Assembly (NCBI GenBank): GCA_963816185.1
Contig: CAWFJJ010000025.1
Coordinates: forward strand, 160,001 to 224,000
DNA: 64,000 nt
Direction: 5' to 3'
Source: Thermoanaerobaculia bacterium
GTDB taxonomy: Bacteria; Acidobacteriota; Thermoanaerobaculia; UBA5066
In this document: positions 40,648-48,539 of the stretch, piece after piece
How the letters are laid out: the number at the start of each line of letters is the position of its first letter
How positions within the stretch are numbered: the first letter of the stretch is position 1
Position numbers and translations under genes: made by a program
The notes under the pieces: model-generated
Told to the model about the DNA's origin: nothing
Databases searched by the model: none
What the model saw: only the letters and a program-made list of their open reading frames with translations

Positions 40648-41238
40648 CTACGCGTTCTTGACCGGCTTGATCTCCCCGGTCGACATGTCGTAGACCCAGC
40701 CGTGGACGTTCAGCTTCTTCTCCCGGGTGGCCCTCTTGACGAATGGAAACTCGCGGAGGTGCTCGAGCTGGAGCCGGACGTTCTCCTCCACGATCAGCCG
40801 CATCCGCTGCTCCTTCGGCATCTCGATGTGGAGCGACCTGATCTTCTCGTCGATCCGCTCGCGCGCCTTGAAGGCGTTCATCAGCCAGATCGGAACGTAT
40901 TTGTACTCGCTCTCGTCGTCGTCGAGCGCCTCGATTCCCCCGCATTCGTAGTGACCGCAGATGACGATGTCCGGGATCTTCAGGTGGCTGATGGAGAACT
41001 CCAGGACGGCGGCCAGGTTCCAGTCGTTCGTCGCGACGACGTTTCCGACGTTCCGGTGGACGAAGACCTCCCCCGGTCGCGTCGACGTGATGCTGTTGAC
41101 GGGTGCGCGGGAATCGGAGCAGCTGATCCAGAGAACCGTCGGCTGCTGTCCCTTTGAGAGGGACATGAAGAACTCCCGTTCCTTCTCGAAGGTCTCCGCC
41201 ACGAAACGGCGGTTTCCTTCCAGGAGTGCCGAAATCAT
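40648..41238 (-). CDS. can: beta-class carbonic anhydrase
   Basis: CSDSR, FVHRNVGN, GHYECGG, VHGWVYD. Confidence 0.95.
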   Translation of the reverse strand: MISALLEGNRRFVAETFEKEREFFMSLSKGQQPTVLWISCSDSRAPVNSITSTRPGEVFVHRNVGNVVATNDWNLAAVLEFSISHLKIPDIVICGHYECGGIEALDDDESEYKYVPIWLMNAFKARERIDEKIRSLHIEMPKEQRMRLIVEENVRLQLEHLREFPFVKRATREKKLNVHGWVYDMSTGEIKPVKNA

Positions 41239-41265
41239 CTTGTACCTCGACCCAGGATCTTATCT

Positions 41266-41619
41266 TCAGGTCGGCGGCTCGGCTCCCCGGACGCGTTCCT
41301 CCAGCCTCGTGCGGCCGGCCCCGAGCGCCTTCGAGAGCGCCTGTACCGCGGTGCGGGCGCGCAACGGGTCGCCGCACGTGAAGAGGTCCACCGCCGCCTC
41401 GCCGCGCTCGGGCCAGGTGTGGATCGTGAGGTGCGACTCGGAGATCACGACGACGCCGCTGACGCCCTGCGGGCTGAGGCGATGGATGTGGATGCCGAGC
41501 ACCTTCGCGCCCATCTCCCGGACGGCCTCGACGAGCAGCGTCTCGACGAGGACCGGGTCGTCGAGCGTGGCGAACGGCGCGCCCGCGACGTCGAGGAGGA
41601 AGTGGAGGCCGAGACTCAT
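41266..41619 (-). CDS. speD: S-adenosylmethionine decarboxylase proenzyme
   Basis: PQGVSGVVVISESHLTIHTWPE..DLFTCG (E|S pyruvoyl cleavage site); ATGA overlap with upstream gene. Confidence 0.92.
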   Translation of the reverse strand: MSLGLHFLLDVAGAPFATLDDPVLVETLLVEAVREMGAKVLGIHIHRLSPQGVSGVVVISESHLTIHTWPERGEAAVDLFTCGDPLRARTAVQALSKALGAGRTRLEERVRGAEPPT

Positions 41620-42701
41620 CGGATTCCCAGCGCCTCGACTGTACCCCGGTTCTCGGGCCGCACCTTCCAGAGGAACGCGTCCCACACGTAATGCGTGGCC
41701 TGGGGAAGAGCGAGGAGAGGCACGATCAGGGCGAGAAGCAGTGCGCCGGGGTCGAGCGCGGGCCCCGGAAAGAGCGCGGCGTGGTCGTGCCAGACGAGAC
41801 GGTCCCAGCCCCATTCTTCGGCGAACGCGACGAGGAGAAGGGGCGCGAGGAAGAAGACGAGCTTCGGCGCCATCCGGTCCGCGAAGGACGGAGAGTCGCC
41901 CGCCTCGCGGCGCGCTTCGGCGCGCGATCTCGACGTGAACCACACGAGGCCCATGTACGGAATGCCGTGGACGAAGACGTTCGTCACCGTGAACGCGTAA
42001 TCCGAATCGAAGACGACGATGCCGAGGAACCACGTCGCGGCCGTCGAGAGGACGATCAGGACCTTCCCCCACGACACCGGCCGGCCGGCGCGCGCGCGCG
42101 CGACCTCCTTCACGATCCACGCGGCGAAGATCCCCGAATAGAGGACGAGCGCGACCGTGCTGACGGCCTCCGGCAGACCGTTCACGAAGTCTCCCCTCAG
42201 GAACCACTGGAACCGTCGCGGGAGGTGCGCGTGCCAGAAGAGGAGCGGCGTGAGCGTGGCGCCGTAGATGGCCGCGGCGTCGAGGAGACGTCCGTCCTTT
42301 CCCTCTTCGTTCTTCCGGCGGTAGAGAGCGACCCAGCCGTATTGCTGCCGCACGAAGTGGAAAACCGCGAGATACGCGAGGATCCGCCAGAAGAAGAGAG
42401 CCGAGACGGAATACGCCGCGACTCCCGCGACCCACGCCGCGATCGGGACGCCGACGTAGAGCGCGAGGCGCACCCGCGCGGCGCTCCCATCGGCGAGAAC
42501 GCGCCACCCGGTCGCCCACACGTGCGCGACGTCGACGCCCACGACCGCCACGAGGTACAGCCAGGGCGGGGCGTCGCCGTCGAGGAGGCCGGTCGCATGG
42601 CCGACGCCGAGGAAGAGCAGGGCGAGAGCCGTCGAGCCTCCGAAGAGGAGGAGGTCGGCGCGCCGGCCGAAGAGCCACGGGGAGGTCACGGGGCGTCCCA
42701 T
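41616..42701 (-). CDS. multi-pass membrane protein with His motifs
   Basis: About 8-9 TM helices; DVAHVWAT, FHFVRQQYG, VHGIPY, THYVWD. Confidence 0.8.
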   Translation of the reverse strand: MGRPVTSPWLFGRRADLLLFGGSTALALLFLGVGHATGLLDGDAPPWLYLVAVVGVDVAHVWATGWRVLADGSAARVRLALYVGVPIAAWVAGVAAYSVSALFFWRILAYLAVFHFVRQQYGWVALYRRKNEEGKDGRLLDAAAIYGATLTPLLFWHAHLPRRFQWFLRGDFVNGLPEAVSTVALVLYSGIFAAWIVKEVARARAGRPVSWGKVLIVLSTAATWFLGIVVFDSDYAFTVTNVFVHGIPYMGLVWFTSRSRAEARREAGDSPSFADRMAPKLVFFLAPLLLVAFAEEWGWDRLVWHDHAALFPGPALDPGALLLALIVPLLALPQATHYVWDAFLWKVRPENRGTVEALGIR

Positions 42702-42702
42702 C

Positions 42703-44376
42703 TCAGCCCGCGGCCAGGGTCGCGACGCGCTCGCCGCGCGAGGCCAGAATCGCCTCGGCGGCCCGCACGCCGGCGTCCTGCGCCTCCTCGAAAAGCGGAA
42801 GCCCGCCGGAGTCGGTATTCGCGAAATGAACTCCGCCCACCGGCGCGAGATGCCGGACCTCGCTCGAAAGAAATCCCGGCGTCGGGCGCGGCATCGCGTG
42901 GCCCCAGCGGACGACGTCGAGGCGCGTGACGAGATTCGGCAGGTCGCGGTGCGCGATCGAAAGGTCCGCGAGAGCGGCCGACGCGAGGTCGTCCCACGAC
43001 GCGGCGAGAAGCTTTGCGCGCGCGGCGGCCGGGGGCTCGTCCGTGAAAGGCAGGTAATACGTGAAGACGGTCGGCCCGTACTCCGGGCCGGTCTGATGCG
43101 TCGCGACGACGTAGCCGAGCGAGCGCGAGTCGTGGAGCACGTTGTCCCACGCGAGGGGAAAACCCGTCTCCTTCGGCCGCGACCGGAGCGTGAGGTTCGC
43201 GACGAGCCACGGCGCCCAGGACATCTCCTCGAGAAAGGCAGGCGGGGCCGCGCGCCACGGGGCGAGGACCCGCGCGGCCACGAATTTCGGCAGCGCGAGG
43301 ATCGCGTGCGCGGCCTCGACCGCGACGACTTCGTCGCGGGCCGCGTCCAGGACGCGCAACCGGACCGGCGAGCCCGGCTTCGGCGCCGGCACGACGTCGA
43401 ACACGAGGGAGGAGGCCGCGAGGCGTCCCGCGACGCTCTTCGCGAGGAGAGCGACGAGGCGGCCGTTCCCTTCCGGCCACGTCAGGAAGTCGGACGGGTC
43501 CTCGTCGTCGCCCTCTCCGGGGAGGCGCGCCGCGTTGTAGTGGACGCCCGCCCACGCAGAGGTGTGGTCGAGGTTCGAGCCGAAGTCGTCGCGGCACCCG
43601 TATTCCGTGAGCCAGAGAAGGCGCGGCGACGTGTAGCCGTGCGCGCGCATCCAGTCGGCCATCGTGATGCGGTCGAGCCCCGTGAACTCGGGGTCGTCCG
43701 ACGAGAGGCGCGTCGGGATCGCGAAGGCGCGCCGGCCTTTCGAGTCCTTTCGGGCGGCGAGGGCGTTCATCTCGAGGTTGAACCGCGCGAGCTGCACGAG
43801 GTCTTCCGGCGAAGCGCCGTCGCGCGGATAAAGGCCCGGACGCCACGCGTATCCGAAGAACAGCCGTTCCTCGGGCTCGCGGCACAGCATCTCCTCGGCC
43901 CACTCGGGCGCGCCGTTCGCGTCCCGTGAGACGAGCGCGCCGGCCTCCTCGAGGATGGCCTCGAGCGCGCGGTTCGGCGAGGCGGGAACGGGCACGTAAT
44001 GGGCGCCCCATGGAAACGCGGACACGTCGTTCGAACCCGAGAGGGCGGTGCCTCCGGCCGCGTCCTCGAGATCGAAGACGCGGAAATCCGTGTCGCCGGC
44101 ACGGGCGAGCCGCCATGCGGCGGAGAGACCCGACACGCCCGCGCCCACGATCGCCGTGCCGACGCGCTCCGTGCGGACGGCGGGGCGGGACAGGAGATCC
44201 CCCGCGCGAAGGAGGTGCCCCCGCGCGACCTCCGGGCCCACGATCCTCCCGCCGAAGGGAAGGCCCCGGGCGTTCTTCTTCCCGCACGCCGTCAGGGCGG
44301 CGGCGAATGCCGAAAGCGCGGGAAGGCCCACGAGCGACGCGATCGCGTCGCGCCGGCTCAGTCGAAGCGCTTCCAT
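42703..44376 (-). CDS. FAD-dependent amine-oxidase-like oxidoreductase with putative Tat/lipoprotein signal
   Basis: SRRDAI..LTAC, IVGAGVSGLSAA, WGAHYVP, WGHAM, FEEA; start ATG 44376 or CTG 44361. Confidence 0.85.
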   Translation of the reverse strand: MEALRLSRRDAIASLVGLPALSAFAAALTACGKKNARGLPFGGRIVGPEVARGHLLRAGDLLSRPAVRTERVGTAIVGAGVSGLSAAWRLARAGDTDFRVFDLEDAAGGTALSGSNDVSAFPWGAHYVPVPASPNRALEAILEEAGALVSRDANGAPEWAEEMLCREPEERLFFGYAWRPGLYPRDGASPEDLVQLARFNLEMNALAARKDSKGRRAFAIPTRLSSDDPEFTGLDRITMADWMRAHGYTSPRLLWLTEYGCRDDFGSNLDHTSAWAGVHYNAARLPGEGDDEDPSDFLTWPEGNGRLVALLAKSVAGRLAASSLVFDVVPAPKPGSPVRLRVLDAARDEVVAVEAAHAILALPKFVAARVLAPWRAAPPAFLEEMSWAPWLVANLTLRSRPKETGFPLAWDNVLHDSRSLGYVVATHQTGPEYGPTVFTYYLPFTDEPPAAARAKLLAASWDDLASAALADLSIAHRDLPNLVTRLDVVRWGHAMPRPTPGFLSSEVRHLAPVGGVHFANTDSGGLPLFEEAQDAGVRAAEAILASRGERVATLAAG

Positions 44377-45902
44377 TCTCCCTCGTAGGTCCTCACGAGG
44401 ACCTGGTCGTTTAGCCGGTTCACGGGGACGTCGTCGATACGCGCCACGTCGGGCCCGAAGACGAAGAGCGACGGGAGAGTCTCTTTCGAAAGCGCTCGCA
44501 GGCCTTCGGGCAGGCGCGTCCCGAGATTCACGGTCGTCGCGGACGCGAGGACGAATCCCCACTCCCCGAACGACGGCACGGCGATGTGATACGGCCGCGT
44601 CGAAAAGCCGGCGGCCCTGAGCGTCGCGTCCACGATCCAGAAGCTGCGGCGCGCGAAGAGGGGAGACGTGGACTGCACGACGACGACCCCGTCGGGATCG
44701 AGCTTCTTCTTCACGAGCGAATAGAACCGCGAGGTATAGAGCTTGCCTACGGCATAGCTGTTGGGGTCGGGAAAATCGACCACGATGATGTCGAAGAGAT
44801 CGGGCTCCTTCTCGATCCAGATCATCGCGTCCTCGTTCACGATCCTGACCTTCGGCGATCTCAGAGAGCCGCCGTTCAGGGCGAGGAAGAGAGGATGCGT
44901 CGTCGCGAGAAGCGTCATCGCGGGGTCGAGCTCCACGAGCGTGACGCTCTCGACCTCGGGGTGCTTCAGGATCTCGCGGACGGCGAGGCCGTCCCCGCCC
45001 CCGAGCACGGCGATGCGCCGGGCACGCGGCGCGGCCGCGAATGCGGGGTGTACGAGCGCCTCGTGGTACCGGTACTCGTCCACGGACGAGAACTGGAGGT
45101 GCCCGTTCAGGAAGAGCTGGAAGCCGGCGCGGTTTCGCGTCACGACGATGCGCTGGTACGGAGTCGTCCGGGCCACGACGACTTCGTCGGCGTACTGGTT
45201 CTCCTCGGCGACGGCCGTGAGGCGATCCGCGACGACGAAGGCGGCGAGGAGGATCGCCGTGACGAGTCCCGCCTTTGCGAGAAGGCCGCCCGGCGGCCCG
45301 ATCCGGTCCCGGAAGAGCCGGATCGACCAGAACGCGACGGCCGCGTTGAGAAGGCCGAAGAGAACCGACGTGCGCGTGAGCCCGAGATGCGGAAGGAAGA
45401 CGAGCGGAAAGAGGATCGAAGCCGCGAGCGCGCCGAGGTAATCGAACGTGAGGACCTGCGCCACGAGGTCGCGGAAGACGACCGTGTCCTTGAGGAGGCG
45501 CATGAGGAGCGGAATCTCGAGGCCGACGAGCGTCCCGATCCCGACGACGACGCCGTAGAAGACGGGCGGGAACCAGCGCGGCGACGAGAAGGCGAAGAAG
45601 AGCATCGGCGCGGAGAGGCCGCCGAGGAGCGCGACGCCGATCTCGGTCTCCACGAATCGCCGCGCGACCCCGCGCACGACGAAGCGGGAGAGAAACGCGC
45701 CGAGGCCGAGAGCCGTGAGGTAGATCCCGATGACGAGGGAGAACTGCGTGACCGAGTCGCCGAGGAGATAGCTCGCGAGAGCTCCGGCGACGAGCTCGTA
45801 GACGAGACCGCACGACGCGATCGCGAGGACCGTGAGGTAGACGGGTCCCGGCCGGAGGGCGGGCACCGCCTCAGGGGCGGCGCTTCCCTCTCGGTCGCCC
45901 AT
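44358..45902 (-). CDS. speE: membrane-anchored polyamine aminopropyltransferase (SpeE-like)
   Basis: N-terminal multi-TM region (CGLVYEL), TPYQRI, DEYRYHEALVHP, LGGGDG, VELD, VDFPDP, VPSFGEWGF. Confidence 0.9.
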   Translation of the reverse strand: MGDREGSAAPEAVPALRPGPVYLTVLAIASCGLVYELVAGALASYLLGDSVTQFSLVIGIYLTALGLGAFLSRFVVRGVARRFVETEIGVALLGGLSAPMLFFAFSSPRWFPPVFYGVVVGIGTLVGLEIPLLMRLLKDTVVFRDLVAQVLTFDYLGALAASILFPLVFLPHLGLTRTSVLFGLLNAAVAFWSIRLFRDRIGPPGGLLAKAGLVTAILLAAFVVADRLTAVAEENQYADEVVVARTTPYQRIVVTRNRAGFQLFLNGHLQFSSVDEYRYHEALVHPAFAAAPRARRIAVLGGGDGLAVREILKHPEVESVTLVELDPAMTLLATTHPLFLALNGGSLRSPKVRIVNEDAMIWIEKEPDLFDIIVVDFPDPNSYAVGKLYTSRFYSLVKKKLDPDGVVVVQSTSPLFARRSFWIVDATLRAAGFSTRPYHIAVPSFGEWGFVLASATTVNLGTRLPEGLRALSKETLPSLFVFGPDVARIDDVPVNRLNDQVLVRTYEGEWKRFD

Positions 45903-45906
45903 ACCG

Positions 45907-46131
45907 TCAGCCTCCCGAGACGGAGGCCGCGATGATGATCGCCATCGCGATCACGATCGACCCGATCACGATCCCGAGCGCCGTGTTCTGGTCCTCCTCC
46001 ATCTCCTTCTTCAGCGAGAAGGGCAGGAGCTTCGGCAGGATCGCGAAGAAGATGCCGAACAGGACCATCCCCAGAACCGAGAAGATCACGGTCGACTCCA
46101 CTTGATGCCCGTGCTGCGCCCACCATTCCAT
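45907..46131 (-). CDS. DUF350 family small membrane protein
   Basis: Two TM helices around PFSLKKEMEEDQNTALGI; TAATG coupling to the upstream peptide gene. Confidence 0.85.
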   Translation of the reverse strand: MEWWAQHGHQVESTVIFSVLGMVLFGIFFAILPKLLPFSLKKEMEEDQNTALGIVIGSIVIAMAIIIAASVSGG

Positions 46132-46298
46132 TACTTGCCTCCGCTCCAGAAGTGCCACGTCCGGTAGCCGCCCGCGTTGCGGGCTCCCGAAGGCAGCGTG
46201 TTGCGTTTCGTATTTCCCGCCATCTCCCAGCCCGAGAACGCCGCGAGAGAGTACGCGAGGAGAAGCGCGCCGCCGAAGACCTGGAAGATGCGTCTCAT
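46131..46298 (-). CDS. 55-aa peptide with N-terminal hydrophobic helix and C-terminal GGK (not in ORF track)
   Basis: MRRIFQVFGGALLLAYSLAAFSGWEMAGNTKRNTLPSGARNAGGYRTWHFWSGGK*; AAGGAGG RBS; stop overlaps the next ATG. Confidence 0.85.
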   Translation of the reverse strand: MRRIFQVFGGALLLAYSLAAFSGWEMAGNTKRNTLPSGARNAGGYRTWHFWSGGK

Positions 46299-46308
46299 CG
46301 GGCCTCCT

Positions 46309-48396
46309 TCATTCGTCGTCCGAGTCCCGTTCCCCGCCGGCGCTCGTGAAGTCGCTGTCGGCCCAGCGCCGGCCCTCGAACGCGATCCTCCTGAACGCGA
46401 GCAGCGCCGGAACCAGAAAGAGCAGGAGGATCACAAAAACGAGATGCGAGACGTGCGGGACGCCGCTCGTGAGCTTCACGCGGAACGAGGGCGGCGCCTT
46501 CCCGGCGTCGGACTCGGGCTCGAGGCGCAGGACCCAGCGCCCGGCGGGAATGCGCGGTACGTAGATGCGGCGGCTCTGGCTGCCTTCGCTCCAGCTCTCG
46601 CCGCCGTCGACACCCGAATACTTGTCCGAGATCAGGTCGAACGAGAGGACCTCGCCGGTGGCCTCGGAGATGAGGTCGAACCCGACCTGGACCCAGGTGT
46701 TGTTCGTGGGCGCCCAGAGGTCCACGGCGAGATTCGCGCCTCGCTTCGTCTCGAACGGCTCCGAGAGGAGGACGCGAGTGGCCGAGAGCGCGGCTTCCGC
46801 GGCCGCACGCGCCGCGATAGGGTTCGCCGGGGCCTGGCTCGGGGTCGGGGCCGCGCCGCCCTGCGACCAGTCGGCCGAGGCCGGGCTCGGGCTGCTGTCG
46901 CGCGCGACGTAGATCACGCGCTGCGGGTCCGTGAGGTCGAACGTCCGGTCGTAGACGACGGCGTGCGGCGTGAGCAGCTTCGCGAGGAAGAAGACGACGA
47001 TCGAGGCAAGTGAAAGGAGCCAGGCGGTTTTCCACCAGAGATGGCTCGTCTCGGCGTGCGGCCACGGCTGGCAGGCACCGACGCCCTGGGGCGGCGGAAG
47101 CGGCACCTTCAGCGCGAAGCCCGCGGCGGTCTCCTCGGGAGGGACGTACGCGCCCTCGGTCCACGCGATCTCTTTCTTCGCCTTCTCCTTCGAGAGCATG
47201 CGCGGCGGCTTGACGTAGTCCGTGGCCTCGGTGGTCTCGCCGGTCTTGACGGCCCAGTAGAACTCGCCGAGGACGCCGGCGACGCGCGCCTTGCTGCGCG
47301 AGAAAATGCGATACGAGTTGCCTCGGAAGACCGCCACACGAGTTCCGTCCTTGACCTCGCCCGCGGGCACGGGCTCGAGGAGCGTGTAATGGCCGTTCGA
47401 TTCCGCGAGCCAGTGGTAAGCCTCGGACTTTTCCTCCTTCAGGAGGTACTCCGTCCAGAAGTAGTCCTCGCCGCCCGAGGAGGTCGTCTTCTGGAGGGCG
47501 CCGAGGATCGCGTACTTGTGGTCACGGAGCGTGCCCTCGGCCCCGAGCGGGAGCGCCGCCTTGAACGGCACGGCCGCGAGCTTCTCGAGGACCGTGAACT
47601 TGGAGGGCGGGCCTTGCTCCTTCCGGTCTGCCGAGCCGAGCAGCGAGCCGCAGAACGGGCAGGCGATGCGCACCGTGTTCGCGGGGTCCCTGAGCTGGAG
47701 GGCGCCGCCGCAGCTCGGGCAGTTCAGGGCGAGAGCCTTGACGGAGACCGTGCGGTCGGACCATGCGACGAGCTCCGCGATGCCGAGGCTCGCGAGCGCG
47801 ACCGGCTTGCCCACGTAGAAGCCGTCGAGGCCGGGCCCGTCGCCGTAGTCGAGCGTCGCGAGGCTGCCGTCCGTTCCGGAAAGGTCGGCATACCTGAAGA
47901 TGGAGCCCGGCGGGGCCGCGAACGGCAGCTCGCCTTCGGCGGAGGCGTATGTCGCCTCCCGGGCCTCGACGATGGCGAAGCTTCCGTAGGCTCCCAGGTC
48001 GAGCGTTTCACCGGGCTGGAGCTGCTCGAACGCCGGCACCTGCGGAGGCTTGACCGGCGTCATGAGCCAGAATCCACCCTGCGCTTCGGCGAGCCATCCC
48101 CAGGTTCCGTCGCCATATCCGACGTACCACTCGTCCCACGTCCCCTCGCCGGTCGAGAGCTGGAGACGCCCGGCGATGTGGAACGGGCGCGTGCCCTTTT
48201 GCGGGCGCGCGTCCATCCCCAGCTTGAACGGGGAGGACGTCGGGACGAGCTCGGCGACCGTTCCGATGGCCTCGAGGTCCGCGCCCTTGCGCGCGACGGC
48301 GGACTTGCATTGCGGACAGATCGAGACGAGCGAAGCCCCTGTCTGAAACCGAACGGGACCCCCGCAGTTCGGACATTGGGCCGCGCGCGCGCTCAA
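46309..48396 (-). CDS. DUF4178 domain protein (two zinc-ribbon + DUF4178 units, C-terminal TM helices)
   Basis: CPNCG/CPQC and CPSCG/CPFCG; WDEWY..WLAE and WTEYL..WLAE; EGELPF and LGEFYW; RRWADSD tail. Confidence 0.85.
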   Translation of the reverse strand: MSARAAQCPNCGGPVRFQTGASLVSICPQCKSAVARKGADLEAIGTVAELVPTSSPFKLGMDARPQKGTRPFHIAGRLQLSTGEGTWDEWYVGYGDGTWGWLAEAQGGFWLMTPVKPPQVPAFEQLQPGETLDLGAYGSFAIVEAREATYASAEGELPFAAPPGSIFRYADLSGTDGSLATLDYGDGPGLDGFYVGKPVALASLGIAELVAWSDRTVSVKALALNCPSCGGALQLRDPANTVRIACPFCGSLLGSADRKEQGPPSKFTVLEKLAAVPFKAALPLGAEGTLRDHKYAILGALQKTTSSGGEDYFWTEYLLKEEKSEAYHWLAESNGHYTLLEPVPAGEVKDGTRVAVFRGNSYRIFSRSKARVAGVLGEFYWAVKTGETTEATDYVKPPRMLSKEKAKKEIAWTEGAYVPPEETAAGFALKVPLPPPQGVGACQPWPHAETSHLWWKTAWLLSLASIVVFFLAKLLTPHAVVYDRTFDLTDPQRVIYVARDSSPSPASADWSQGGAAPTPSQAPANPIAARAAAEAALSATRVLLSEPFETKRGANLAVDLWAPTNNTWVQVGFDLISEATGEVLSFDLISDKYSGVDGGESWSEGSQSRRIYVPRIPAGRWVLRLEPESDAGKAPPSFRVKLTSGVPHVSHLVFVILLLFLVPALLAFRRIAFEGRRWADSDFTSAGGERDSDDE

Positions 48397-48539
48397 GGTG
48401 GGCGGATCTTACCGTTGATCATGAGACGCACTAAAGGGTCGGCCCGTATGCCCTCCTCCTTCGCGCGCGAACTCGCTTCGCTCAGACAGCGCGTCGCGTG
48501 CGTCGGAGGGCACACGAGCCGGCCCTCACAAGAGCCCGA

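Noticed and set aside
42703-45813. Long N-terminal extensions in the track (1036-aa oxidase, 757-aa RsmH, 941-aa permease, 787-aa MshEN-like ORF)
   Set aside because: These are Arg/Pro-rich off-frame reads over neighbouring real genes, typical of high-GC DNA.
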